From assembly GCA_963768425.1 (NCBI GenBank), contig CAVYHV010000012.1, positions 1 through 64,000 of the forward strand: 64,000 nt of DNA, given 5' to 3'. Below the pieces are notes generated by a model. The model made no database searches. It saw nothing but the letters and a program-made list of their open reading frames with translations, and had not been told where the DNA came from. Shown here in pieces: positions 10,792-21,834 of this stretch. Positions within the stretch are counted from its first letter, which is position 1. The number at the start of each line of letters is the position of its first letter. Made by a program: the position numbers and the translations under genes. The DNA is from Candidatus Bathyarchaeota archaeon (GTDB lineage: Archaea > Thermoproteota > Bathyarchaeia > Bathyarchaeales > Bathycorpusculaceae).

Positions 10792-11724
10792 TTATGACCC
10801 AAGAGCTTTCGAGTTAAGAGCGTTCTGAATGGAAAGTAACTCAGCATTCATCCAGACTTGGAACGCGACATCCGACGGCTGTATAGTCTCCGTAACTCCA
10901 ACAATTGGAATGTTATATTGAGCGGCCAACGCTTTGATGCTCTGTGTTAGCGGCGTCACTGTTTGTTCGTTATAAACGAGCATAGAAATGGTTCCATTTG
11001 TAACTAAATTATCAAACTGTACGATGCTCTGGGCTGGGGGATCATTTCCTTCGGCGACAGCTTCCATGAAAGCAGGGGGAGACACAAGATCAAGACCCGT
11101 GGCGTTTGCCAGATACACGAAGATACTCTCTGTAGATGCTACTTTCACACCTGCGAATTGTTGCTTTATCTCATTGATGCGTTCGTTGTATACACCGAGT
11201 GAGGCTTTTAGTGCGGTGTACTGCTGAGTGAAGTATGAAGTGGCGGACGGATCGATGGAACAGAGATCTTTGTACATTGCAGCTACTGTGTCATTTACGT
11301 AATAAGGACTGTACCAGAAGTGAGGATTAGCGCCAATTGGCTGGTTGATCTGTTCCTGCACATTTAAGACCACCTGATGTGGACTATTGCTTGCTGATAT
11401 GAGCTGAAGGGCCCACGTATCATATCCGGCTCCGTTGACTATAACAAACTGGGCGTTTGCAATTGCTATTGCATCAGCCGCGTTGCTTTCGTATTCGTGT
11501 GGATCTGCATTGGGGTCGGTAACGATGCTTGTCACGTTAACGTATTTTCCGCCAAGCTGAGTTACTAGGCTGCCCCAGAAATTTTCAGCGGCAACGACCT
11601 TTATGACGTTTGAGGTTGAATTTGAGTTCGTGTTAGGGTTGCCTGACAGGTATATGCCTACGAAGGCTGCTAACACGATTACTACAACCAAAACTGTGGC
11701 TATTATGTAGGCTGTCTTTTTCAT
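10792..11724 (-). CDS. Cluster A-I metal-binding protein (ZnuA/TroA-like)
   Basis: DPHEYE and NPHFW motifs, N-terminal TM anchor. Start placed at MKKT (11724) from the TATA position. Confidence 0.85.
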   Translation of the reverse strand: MKKTAYIIATVLVVVIVLAAFVGIYLSGNPNTNSNSTSNVIKVVAAENFWGSLVTQLGGKYVNVTSIVTDPNADPHEYESNAADAIAIANAQFVIVNGAGYDTWALQLISASNSPHQVVLNVQEQINQPIGANPHFWYSPYYVNDTVAAMYKDLCSIDPSATSYFTQQYTALKASLGVYNERINEIKQQFAGVKVASTESIFVYLANATGLDLVSPPAFMEAVAEGNDPPAQSIVQFDNLVTNGTISMLVYNEQTVTPLTQSIKALAAQYNIPIVGVTETIQPSDVAFQVWMNAELLSIQNALNSKALGS

Positions 11725-11739
11725 GTAATTCCACATATT

Positions 11740-11763
11740 TGACATTGTCAGAGACTTTATTAA
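11740..11763 (-). promoter_or_regulatory. TATA box (TTAATAA on minus) plus palindrome TGACA-T-TGTCA; candidate repressor site for the metal ABC operon
   Basis: Palindrome 11740-11750 lies between the TATA (11757-11763) and the start codon. Confidence 0.45.
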
Positions 11764-11949
11764 GTTTTGCGTTTTTTTTAATAACTAGGAAAATCGGCTT
11801 TTTAATAAAGCAGACCCTGACCTATAATTGACTGAAAGCTGCTTGAAGGCATTTTGTTCAGTTTCGGTTTTCAAAACGACTGTTTCAAAGAATTAAGATG
11901 ACAATATTTAAGTCAAGCAAACTCAATAGAGTGGAGAACCACGCATAGG

Positions 11950-12366
11950 GTGAATTTAGTGAGCATTATCAGTCTTTCATTGCCAAACGAACTGCTTGAA
12001 CAGCTAGACACAATCCTTGGGGAAGATCGAAGCGCAACCCGGTCAGAAGTAGTTCGCCAGGCAGTTCGCATGTACCTCACTCAGTACAATGAATTGGAGA
12101 AAATTCAAGGAAACGTAATTGCGACAATCACAGTGCTATACGATAAAGCTGAGCAGAACAAGGAGCTGTTTAGGTTGCAGCATGAGTTTGATGATATGAT
12201 AACGGCTTATCTACATGCCCATTTGTCTGAGACTAGCTGCCTTGAGGTCATGGTTGTTAAAGGCTCTTCGGAAAGGCTAAGATGCTTAATCGACGGCCTG
12301 AAAGCCAACAAGCCTGTGAAGCAGATAAAGTTTTCAATCATGGCAATTAACGAAAAAGAAACCTAA
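11950..12366 (+). CDS. nikR: NikR-family metal-responsive regulator
   Basis: RHH N-terminus (ISLSLP...RSEVVRQA); His76/His87/His89/Cys95-equivalent residues (QHEF...LHAHLSETSCLEV). Confidence 0.85.
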   Translation: MNLVSIISLSLPNELLEQLDTILGEDRSATRSEVVRQAVRMYLTQYNELEKIQGNVIATITVLYDKAEQNKELFRLQHEFDDMITAYLHAHLSETSCLEVMVVKGSSERLRCLIDGLKANKPVKQIKFSIMAINEKET

Positions 12367-12540
12367 TCTTTTGAAAGGGCATTCCCGCTATATTTCATTC
12401 GTATGGAAATTTGGCACTTAGCCCCAATCAAGCTTGGGCGGTCCAATTGAGCTTAGAGCAGAGATTGCGCTAGAAAAAAATCGAATTTGACCAAGCAACG
12501 CTTGGGGGAAGGCTTTAATGCAACAAGCAGTTAACGTTTT

Positions 12541-13137
12541 GTGACCGTTATGATACTTGGAATTTGCGGGAGCCCCAGAGAGCAAGCCACCGAGTATACT
12601 TTAAAGGAAGCTCTGCGGCTGCTTGGCGAGAAAGGGTTTGAAACCCAGTTTTGGACTGTGCGTGGAAAATGGGTTGATTTTTGCGCTCACTGCGATTACT
12701 GTCTCCAAAACAAAGAGTGCGTCGTTCAAGATGATGTACAGGAGCTTTATACACTGCTCACCGAGGCGAAGGGCATAATCTTTGCGTCTCCCGTGTACAA
12801 TGGCGGGGTAAGCGCTCAAACTAAAGCGTTGATGGATAGAACCCGAGCCTTGGTCGCGGCAGACAAGAACGTTTTCAAAGGCAAAATCGGAATGGGCATC
12901 GTCGTAGGCGGCGACAGGAACGGCGGACAAGAGTTTGCGCTCATGCAGATCCACTCATTCTACATTATTAATGGAATGATGCCTGTTGGCGGAGGGTTCT
13001 TCGGAGCCAATTTAGGAGCGACCTTCTGGAGCAAAGACACACTTGAAGGCGTTAAAGCGGATGAAGAAGGCTTCAGAAGCTTGAAGAAAACGATTAAGAA
13101 GTTTGCAGCCTTCATGGAAGAGCCTGAAAAAAAGTAG
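12541..13137 (+). CDS. Iron-sulfur flavoprotein (Isf)/multimeric flavodoxin
   Basis: GSPR, CxxCxxC...C, SPVY, GGDRNGGQE. Confidence 0.85.
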   Translation: MTVMILGICGSPREQATEYTLKEALRLLGEKGFETQFWTVRGKWVDFCAHCDYCLQNKECVVQDDVQELYTLLTEAKGIIFASPVYNGGVSAQTKALMDRTRALVAADKNVFKGKIGMGIVVGGDRNGGQEFALMQIHSFYIINGMMPVGGGFFGANLGATFWSKDTLEGVKADEEGFRSLKKTIKKFAAFMEEPEKK

Positions 13138-13150
13138 TTGGTTGATTGTT

Positions 13151-13738
13151 ATGGTTGAAAACGTTAAGGTCAAAAAGCCCAAGGTTGCTTGGGGAATTAC
13201 TGGTGCTGGCGACAAAATCGCCGAAATAGTCGAGGTCATGAAAGATCTAAAGAAGCAGTCAGAGGACAAGGTTGAGATCGACGTGTACATCTCCAAAGCC
13301 GCTGACACTATGCTAAAATTTTATAGGCTGGAAGATGAAATCAAAAAGAACTTTCCCAAAGTTATGGTTGAAATCAACGCCAACTCGCCTTTTCTTGCTG
13401 CGTGGCTACAAAGCGGCAAATACGAATTCCTGCTCATCGCACCTGCCAGCTCGAACACCGTGGCTAAAATCGTCAATAGCATAAGCGACACCATGCTCAC
13501 CAACGCTGCCATCATGAGCCTCAAAGCCTTCAGACCCGTCTACATTCTGCCAACTGACTATAAGGAAAGCGTCGTTTCAACGATATTGCCAAATGGCAAA
13601 GAAATGAAACTGCGGGTTCGCAAGGAAGAAGCCGATCAAGTGCGAAAGCTGGAAGCAACAGAGGATGTGCATGTGCTGGAAAGCCCCCAAAAGATGAAAG
13701 AAGCCTTCTTGGATTGGCTAAAAACGTTGCAATCCTAA
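13151..13738 (+). CDS. afpA: Archaeoflavoprotein AfpA family
   Basis: VAWGITGAG, PASSNTVAKIV..ISDT.LTNA, YILPTD. Confidence 0.8.
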   Translation: MVENVKVKKPKVAWGITGAGDKIAEIVEVMKDLKKQSEDKVEIDVYISKAADTMLKFYRLEDEIKKNFPKVMVEINANSPFLAAWLQSGKYEFLLIAPASSNTVAKIVNSISDTMLTNAAIMSLKAFRPVYILPTDYKESVVSTILPNGKEMKLRVRKEEADQVRKLEATEDVHVLESPQKMKEAFLDWLKTLQS

Positions 13739-14391
13739 AGCCCAATTTCTTTTGGATGGTCTGACTTGTCTTTTTGAGCGACAATCGCGTTCCAATCCGA
13801 ATCAGCTTCTGTGAATACTCGGACGCATACGAAACCGATTGACTGCAAGGTACGGCGGATTTCTTCCAGCGGGAAGAGTTTTACATGGGTTTCTTTAATC
13901 ACTTTTGCAGGAGTGGCGCGGTGTTTCAGTTCATTGATTAAAAGCAGCTTCCCGCCTGGCTTCAGTACCCGTTTTATTTCCTTTAAGGCGTCAGCAAATC
14001 TTTGCCAGAAATAATAGGTTTCGCAAGCTGTCACCAAATCAAAGAAGCCATCCCTAAAACCCATTTTTTCAACTGAACCTTGAATTATTTCCACTCGGTT
14101 CTTCGCAACCAAGGTTTTGTTAGTTTTTTTGGAAAATTTCACCATGTCCAAAGAATAATCAAGCCCGAAGACTTTGCCCTCCGGCGCCGCCTTGGCTAAT
14201 TTGCCAATCGTTTTACCGCCGCCACAACCCACATCCAAGATCACAAAATCGGGGCCAACGCTGATTTTTGACAGCCCCCACAACGTAAGCTTTTGATGAT
14301 GTTGATTCATCATTGCAGCAACAAGCCTGCCCTGAGGACCCGTCGGACACTGATATTGATCCCCTAAATTGGACATCACAAACGCCGTCAT
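13735..14391 (-). CDS. Class I SAM-dependent methyltransferase
   Basis: LDVGCGGG; FDLVTACET.YFW; RVLKPGG. Confidence 0.9.
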   Translation of the reverse strand: MTAFVMSNLGDQYQCPTGPQGRLVAAMMNQHHQKLTLWGLSKISVGPDFVILDVGCGGGKTIGKLAKAAPEGKVFGLDYSLDMVKFSKKTNKTLVAKNRVEIIQGSVEKMGFRDGFFDLVTACETYYFWQRFADALKEIKRVLKPGGKLLLINELKHRATPAKVIKETHVKLFPLEEIRRTLQSIGFVCVRVFTEADSDWNAIVAQKDKSDHPKEIGL

Positions 14392-14609
14392 TATGCTAGA
14401 ACAAGGCTTCTAATAAAGTGCAAGATGCAATCAGCTAAAAATCAACATTTATTGGAAATTGTTCGGAATCATGTCCTTAAGACTAATGGCAAGAATAGAA
14501 AACAACCGCTTGGTTTCGTTTGTTGTATATCTGAGCTCCCAGAAAAGGGAAGCTTAGTGGTGGTCTTTTGATGTGCACTTCAAAAGGCCATTTTATCCTT
14601 CTATTTGCT

Positions 14610-15824
14610 TTAGGGCGAGTGTACGTATTTGTCAAGCAGAGTTCTCTTGTTTACGACGTTGAGTTGTTTGAATAGGAAATCAAACTTTGCCTCGATTTCA
14701 GCCGCAATTGCATCCCGTGTTGCCCTTGGAAGCTCAATGATTTCTTTCTTGAAGGGACCTAACCCTTTTTTGCGTGTCTTATAGAGGAATTGGTCCTCGG
14801 TTTCGTCTGCCTTTGCCTCATTCGCCGCGTTGACTTTTAGCCATTCATAGATTTTCTTTTTCAGATCAGTTGGGAAATGCTTTGATTCGTAAATCATGTT
14901 TTGGAACTCGGTGGCTAAGTGTACTTCGGCAGTTTCGCATTCGACGAACTTGTGGAACGCTTCTGGTGGCAGCGTTGATGCCCCGTGTTGGACTGCTCCC
15001 GCCAACCCGTATTTTTTGCGGGCAATTTCGGAAAGTGTCTTTAGCGTATTGAAGTCAAGACTAATTTGCTTAATTGATCCGTCAGGTAGGACGATGCCGC
15101 CGTGTGTTGTTCCCGTTTGAACCGAAATCTTGCTGATGCCGATTAAGCCTTTGGGTAGCCTTTCTTTGAGTCCTTCCATGAAGACATGTAGGTCTTCAGG
15201 CGTGGAATTCTGGTGTCCAATCTCGCCGATTTCCCCACCTACTGAAATCGTTGTTACTTTCGGTTCATGTTGGCGGGCAAACTGGGCAAGTTTTGCACAA
15301 ACATCATAATTTAGGAGTTGCTGCTCTTTGTAGGTCGGTTTGGATAAGTCGACGAGCGTTGAGGAGTCGATGTCGATATTGTAGAAACCCGAGTTGATGG
15401 CATCCCAGATCAGAGTTTGCAAGCTTTCAAGTTCTTTCTGTGGGTTTTCTTTGTATTTGGCGGCGTTGGCTTGGAAATGGTCGCCTTGTATGAAGACTGG
15501 ACCAGAATATTCTTCTTTTATTGCCGCGGCCATTACCATGCTTGCGAACTCGACGGGTGGCTGATTGGTGTAGCCAATTTCGGAGCGAGCGATCTCAAAA
15601 ACAAAGGCGCCAGAATCATTTTTCTTAGCGACCCTGAAAATCGCGCGAGCCAAATCATAAGTCATGCTTCGCAAATTTATTGCAGGAACTGTGAAGCCGG
15701 AGAATTCTCCCCTGCCCCGCGCCATGTAAAATTCCTGGATGCTAGCTGGATAAATCCCCATTGCGAAAGCATTCTTAAAGATTTTTTGAGCTAAAGGCTT
15801 CTTTTTTGAAACATCATCTTCCAA
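14610..15824 (-). CDS. Class II fructose-bisphosphate aldolase-like protein
   Basis: TVPAINLR, QGDHFQ, IDIDSS, GEIGEIG, GTTHGG, VQHGAST, HLATEFQN. The frame stays open somewhat upstream, so the start is uncertain. Confidence 0.8.
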   Translation of the reverse strand: MEDDVSKKKPLAQKIFKNAFAMGIYPASIQEFYMARGRGEFSGFTVPAINLRSMTYDLARAIFRVAKKNDSGAFVFEIARSEIGYTNQPPVEFASMVMAAAIKEEYSGPVFIQGDHFQANAAKYKENPQKELESLQTLIWDAINSGFYNIDIDSSTLVDLSKPTYKEQQLLNYDVCAKLAQFARQHEPKVTTISVGGEIGEIGHQNSTPEDLHVFMEGLKERLPKGLIGISKISVQTGTTHGGIVLPDGSIKQISLDFNTLKTLSEIARKKYGLAGAVQHGASTLPPEAFHKFVECETAEVHLATEFQNMIYESKHFPTDLKKKIYEWLKVNAANEAKADETEDQFLYKTRKKGLGPFKKEIIELPRATRDAIAAEIEAKFDFLFKQLNVVNKRTLLDKYVHSP

Positions 15825-16000
15825 AATTATTTCGGTTACCGTTTTCTCAACATCAAACGATTCTGCTTTGATAATCTCACATCCCCAAATCGGTGCCTAT
15901 TCTTATGTGCCCAATTTGTCTTATTTTAATATTAAGCCTTGCGGAGAGATGGCTCGCCGAAATAAAAGTTAATATTTCTTTGCTTGCCTAAAATGCACTT

Positions 16001-16523
16001 ATGTCTTTTCATGTTAGACGCAAGGACAGAGAAATAGTCGACCCAGAAGAGATGCGGCAGTTGCTGAAAACAACCCAGTACGTCACAGTCGCCCTTCTGC
16101 ATGAACAACGAACCCTACCTTGTGTCGCTGAGCCACGGCTACGACGAATCAAAAAACTGCATATACTTCCACTGTGCACCTGAAGGCAAAAAACTCGTTT
16201 ATTTGAAGGCGAACAGCCGGGTTTGGGGTCAGGCTGTGCTGGATTTCGGCGTAACGGACGAATGCGATTACGTTTACAGTTCAGTCCACTTCTGCGGCAA
16301 AATGACCCTCCTCGACGACCTCAGCGAGAAGCAACATGGACTCGAAGTGCTGGTACGGCAGCTTTCCCTTGATCCTGAGAAGAAATTGGCAAACATAAAA
16401 CCTGAAAAGCTACAAAAGACAACAATCGGAAGAATAGACATCGAGAAAATGACAGGCAAGAAGGGTTCGCCGAACAAAGAAAGACTGCTGGACCTGAAAA
16501 ATTCTGTTTTCCGCAGAAAATGA
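16001..16523 (+). CDS. Pyridoxamine 5'-phosphate oxidase-like / NimA-like flavin-binding protein (frameshift near 16095)
   Basis: RRKDREI N-terminus; PY.V.L..GY...IYFHCA.EGKK; MTGK. Confidence 0.8.
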
Positions 16524-16534
16524 TTCACGCCAAA

Positions 16535-18437
16535 TTAAGACCCGATTTGATTCAGTTCAACTTGGTAGATTTCTAGGTTTTGATTTGTGTAAACAGGTTT
16601 TAGCCAGCTGATTGCGTTGAACCTAGCCGTGCATCCTGGATAATGATACGTTTCGTCGTTGCCGACGTACACGTACGAAACCTTGTATTCTTTGACAACT
16701 GCTTCCAGTTGCGCAGCTGTACCCTGATAAGCTGCTGTCGATATCGGAATCACGTTTATCGATTTGGCTGAGGGGAATGCCCCATCCGTAAGGCCAGTTG
16801 ACATAGGACGAAACAGTGAGTCTTCCGCCAATCATGGCTGGTGGACATTGAATAGAATAGTACGTTAAGAAAACGGAGTCCGGCGGCGTGTTACTGCGCA
16901 CCCAGAGCCCAAGTTGATACTCCGGTGTTGTCGCCCCCAAATAGTTTGTTCCAAAATTGTAGATGACTACGCTCGCTGAAGCCAAAATTGAAAGCAAAAC
17001 CAACGTCACAATCACAATTTTCCTGGTCTTAGACAACATCACCCCAGCTAACACGGCAATTGGGATCCATGCGAAAATAAAGAATTTGTACATGTCCCAC
17101 GGGTTAGGCGTAATCACGAGAACAATGGGAATTAGCAGCAGGAAAAGCATCGTTGCTTTCAGAGTTTCGTTTCCAGATTTCACAAAAGAAACGATTGCCA
17201 CCACGAAGGGCACACCGAGGTTGAGAAGGTAATAGAGAGGCGGATCTTTTGCGAAGTTTAAAATGAAAGCTATACTCAACGAAATAGTGGCGGGCGGCCC
17301 GTGGTTTAGAATGAACGGCAAGGCTAAAGCGGTTGGCAACAAGAAGTAGAGGCAATTCGTCAGCTTGAACTTCTTTAAGTTAAACAGTGCAGCGACGACG
17401 AAGGCGATGTAGCAGCAGAGAAACCCGACGTTGTGGAATTCAAAAAGCAAGCCCGTCATCACGCCAGCCAACAACAGCCGATTTTTGCTCTCCATGTTTC
17501 CAAACAACGCTAAAACGAAGGCGAACACGGGCAAACCAATCAGGAGTGGTCTTTGCTGGAGTAAATTGTCAAAGATAGGCGGCAATCCGAAATTTTGAGC
17601 GTACTGGTATGCATAATTTTGGGTAGCGTTAAAGCTCCCTGTAAACAGCGCGTTGAAAAGGACAAAGTAGCTTAATCCCCAGCCGAACGTGGCGATGATA
17701 GTTGCGATAATTGCAGCTCGCCTGCCGTTGGGTCGAGTCAATGCGTAGATGGCGAACCCGAAAATGAGTATGAAGACGGCGTTTAAGAAGGGCAGAAGCT
17801 GGGGAAGGTAGCCGAAGACGTTCTCAATGATAGCTGTGTGAAAATCAACGAAGTAGTAGTAGGTCATGGGTACCCCGGCGAAATTAGGCATTTGCGGTGG
17901 AAAATTCCCGTTGTTGAGGCTTTCAATTATCTCGTAGTGAAGAGGAGTGTCTTGCCAGTTTGAACCCGTCAAAACTATCCCATACTGGTTGCCAGCCCAA
18001 ACGCTTCTGGCTAAGACAACGAGTGCAATTGCGAATATTACCGCAAACAGAAGAAGGCTTGTTTTCTTGATCTGCTTGGCTCGGAGGAATTTGGGAGGCT
18101 GAATCGGTTCACCCTTCCAGTAAACGACGAGCGCGTAGAAGGCCGTTAAGGCGAGGAAACTGAAGAGAATGGTTTGCCGCGAATACCCAACAGCCAAGGA
18201 CAAGTAGTAAATCAACTCAACGGATACTAAGACGCTAAAAAGGGGGACAAATGCCCAGATTTCATGAGATTCGAGTTTGAAGAATCTATAGGCAATCAAG
18301 CCGGGAACCAAAAAAGTGAAGACAAAGGCGGCGAAAAGTGCGACGTAGATGGAAGGAAACGATGCTAAAGCAAGGATAAGTAAGAGTAAGCAAATCCAGT
18401 ACTTTTGCAGAACGGATGAAGCATCAGTGTTATTTAA
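16535..18437 (-). CDS. Polytopic membrane protein, GT-C glycosyltransferase-like (frameshift near the C-terminus)
   Basis: More than 10 TM helices, DTPLH...FPP..P.FAG..M.YY loop, C-terminal Y.V.YVYVG..E. Frame is open to ~18437, behind an SD-like GGTGAGGAG. Confidence 0.6.
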
Positions 18438-18613
18438 TACCTCTCCTCACCACCAATTACAATCAATCAAGCAACCGGAAACGTATTAAAATTACGCATA
18501 AAACACTCTTTCAATGGCGCAAGCAAATAAGAAATCGTTTTCTAACAAACCATCGGCGTTGGCTGCGAGAAAAGTTAATTAGCTAAAGATATTAGTATTG
18601 TTGCGGCGCTTGT

Positions 18614-18720
18614 GCCCAGGTAGTATAGTTCGGTCTCAGCGTGAATTCCTTCGCGTTGCCGAAGCAGTATATGCGGCTGTCGCCCGCAGGACCCGGGTCC
18701 AAATCCCGGCCTGGGCGCCA
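18614..18720 (+). tRNA. tRNA-Asp(GTC) with a 29-nt D-loop intron (18636-18664) and encoded CCA
   Basis: Acceptor stem GCCCAGG/CCTGGGC; anticodon stem TGCGG/CCGCA with loop CT-GTC-GC (18679-81); T arm CCGGG-TCCAAAT-CCCGG; bulge-helix-bulge around TCGG/CCGA. Confidence 0.9.
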
Positions 18721-19035
18721 AAACCCTCTATTTCACGTTATTTTGCAAAATAAGAGTGCAATTGAGCTTGATTTCTTATTTCATGCTTAAGAAACTCAGG
18801 CAGAATTTCAGTAATGAAGTAGGATTCAGACCTGCCGTGGGATGAGTCCGGAAGAGACTCAGCCTTATTCACGATTGAGGCCTTAATAAAAGGCAAATAG
18901 ATCAAGAAGCAAAAATGTCGAGCTAAATTTTAAACCTTTTCTTCGCTAATAAATTAGAAAACCGAGCTTAACTTAAAGTTTTTTTCCCGTTTAAGTCTTT
19001 GGAGGGCTGGGCAAACTCACACCAAAAGTTGTTCC

Positions 19036-19320
19036 TTAGCCTAAAACCGCTTCATTTGTGGAGAACTGGTGTTTATTTGTGAGGTTGTAAATTATGAAAC
19101 TGTCTGCTTCTTGGATTTTTATGGTGAGATGATTTTTCATGAGAATATCTTGCATGCATGTTCTTGTTTCTTCGTCAAGAGTAGCCTTAATCTCTATTTG
19201 ATAGCCGCCACTCATCTTACTGGAGGCGTTAGGTGGTAATAATTCCAAATAGTGACCGTCGAGATTGGTGCACTTTTCAAAAAGTTCCTTTAAGACCAAT
19301 ATTGCTTCTTCACGCTTCAA
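19036..19320 (-). CDS. Hypothetical protein
   Basis: 94-aa ORF with an upstream TATA-like element and globular composition. Confidence 0.55.
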   Translation of the reverse strand: MKREEAILVLKELFEKCTNLDGHYLELLPPNASSKMSGGYQIEIKATLDEETRTCMQDILMKNHLTIKIQEADSFIIYNLTNKHQFSTNEAVLG

Positions 19321-19419
19321 ATGTATCCCACGTAAATTTAGCGCTAATTTGTTATAAAAGCTTTAAGCTTCTAGCTGCACTATTCAGAGTCACAACAAAA
19401 AAGAAAATCTAAAGACATC

Positions 19420-20831
19420 TTACTTAGTTAGAGGCAAACTTACTGTGAAAGTGGTTCCTTTGCCAACTTCGCTTTCAAATGTGACAGTTCCGCCAAGTGA
19501 CTCAGTCATTCGCTTAACAACTGGTAGACCGAAGCCTTGACCCTTCGATTTTGTCGTGAACATTGGTGTAAACATTTTACCTTGTATTTCTTTTGGAATG
19601 CCTACGCCAGTATCCTTAACCGTCATAACTAGGTCCTTTGACTCTTTGAAGGCATGCACAGTTAGTGTGCCACCGTTTGGCATGGCTTGCACCGCATTAT
19701 TAATCAGGTTGTACATGATGCGGTTTATGTAATAGGTATCGGTACTGATTTTTTCAGCGCTATTCTCTACTTTAATTCTCAGTTCAATGTTATCTGGCAT
19801 GTTGTTCTTTTCGAATAATTTTGTGATTATCAGTTTCAGGTCAGCTTCCTCTGGCTTGGGGTTAAGTGGTCTGGCATAATCTTGAAGGTCTTGCACAATT
19901 TTGTTAATGTAATCCGTGTTCTTTTCAATCTCTTGCAGACTTTCTGACGCATTTTTCTTTCCCTCACTGTCCGGAAAGGAATCTAACTCAGTCTTAGCCA
20001 AGAAAACGTCGCTAATTATCGCCTGCAACGGGTTACGAATATCATGACCAACCATCCCCGCAGTAGCACCTATACTGGCAAGCCTTTCTGAGTCTTTCAA
20101 CTGTTTGTTAGCGGTCTTTAGGTTAGAGGTCATTTGGTTGAAAGCTTGGGATAATTCCCCAATTTCATCATTGCTCTTTGAGCTAATAGTGTAATCCAGA
20201 TTGCCTGAACCAACAATTTTTGTTCCGTCATGAAGTTTTGCAATTGATCTGAATGTTTGTCGGTAAAAGATGAAATAGACCGCGATAAAATACAGCGAAA
20301 TGCGGCTCACAAAGCAAAATAAAGAAGTGTATTTGTTTGCTTAACTTGATTAGCTTGACTATCGAAAAAGCTAATAAACCGGAACATCAAAAGCAAGGAC
20401 TGAATTTGCACATCCAAAATATATAGTATCCAACTTCAAGATTGGATAAACTGCACCATTCTGACTCGCAGAATACTTCCACGTACCTACCAAATAAATG
20501 AATATATGTGCTCAAATTTTGCAAATCAATGTTAACTGCGTTTATTTGTGTCTTTTGCTCCAGATTGCTAGAGTTTAGATTTGAAACTTGGTTTGAAACC
20601 AATGAAATTGGGTCTTGCCACTCTAACAATTGGGCATTTTGTTGTTAAGAAATAATCGTTTGAAATATACGCAAGGGAACTTGCTCCAGATTGAACATTT
20701 GCTGCAGTTTTTGCCTGATTATTAATCAGATTTACCTGTCGATTTGTGATAACTACTGAGACAGAAATAACTGCTAGTAGGCGAGGCCAGCAACTTGATA
20801 AATGAGTTCGGATTCGCATTTTGTGCCTCAT
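19420..20831 (-). CDS. Membrane HAMP-domain sensor histidine kinase (N-terminal part multiply frameshifted)
   Basis: HAMP (DEIGELSQAFNQM), H-box GHDIRNPL, N-box NLINNA, DTGVG, F-box, GFGL. Confidence 0.8.
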
Positions 20832-21834
20832 CCAATGACATTTACATAGTTCGGGTTTACTGTTTCGAGTCCGTTTACGTATATTAATTTATGAAAATGG
20901 GCACGTGTGTTGCGGTGGTTAGGTTGTTGCTTATCAGCGATTGTGCTTCGTTTTGCATTAGTAAGATGAGAGGTTGTGTGAGAGTGACTGAAAACTGAAA
21001 CACGCCCCAAATAGATGCGAGGGACGAGCTAGGTAACAAGTAGCTCTTCAATTAAAGCCATCGCTGGTCTGGATGGTTTATGTTAAAGTTTTGAGCCCTA
21101 CCAGCGCCTTCAAGTAAGGCGACTAAATCTGGATTCGCAGCCGCCCAACTTGTCGTGCAAATCGCCTCAAGATAACTAATTGGGTGCTTTGGGCTGACCA
21201 CGTTACCGTGTCATTAGGAGAAGACTTTCAGCTTGAGTTGAGTACGGCGGAGTCGCCACTAACGCATCTACTGTACCGTTTGCAAGAGCCATCGGTCCTT
21301 GCTGGTTAGGAATATTGAGAATTGTTACTTGGTTTTGGCTTATCCCGTTTAGTTCGAGGAATTGACTAAGGTAGAATTGAGTAGACGATCCCAGTAGGAC
21401 TCCAATCTTTTTGCCTCTAAGTCGGAGATATTATTGATTCCGAGGTCTGTTCTCGCAACCACTTCTACGTTGTTGTATTTACAAATACTTCCAATAGCGT
21501 AAAGACTTGCATTAGCTACTGCTTCTTCAGCAATAACGAAATCTGATGAGGAGGCTATGTTTACCTGACCGTTTAGCATACCCTGCGCTGCTGCTAAGCC
21601 GTAGGCGTAGTTTCGATGGTTACATTTAGCCCGTTTGCGGCGAAATATTGCTGGTCCATGGCTATATAAATTAATGTATCGTACGCTGAAGGTGAAGTTC
21701 CAAACGGTGATTGATTCAACCTTGCCGTTGAAGGGTTTTCATGAATTAATATAAACAAATGAACTTAAAACAATGGCCACAACCAAGAGATAACTAGCTA
21801 ATACTATCAAATTTCGTCTTTTTTTCAGGGCCAT
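20828..21834 (-). pseudogene. NMT1/SsuA-like substrate-binding protein, heavily frameshifted
   Basis: Fragments: N-terminal TM, YIAMDQQYFAANGLNV, G.VNIA...VVARTDLGINNISDL. Stop overlaps the kinase start. Confidence 0.6.

Noticed and set aside
18425-18455. Non-canonical start codon for the GT-C-like gene (and for the aldolase near 15875)
   Set aside because: Cannot be distinguished from a base-call or indel error in this assembly.
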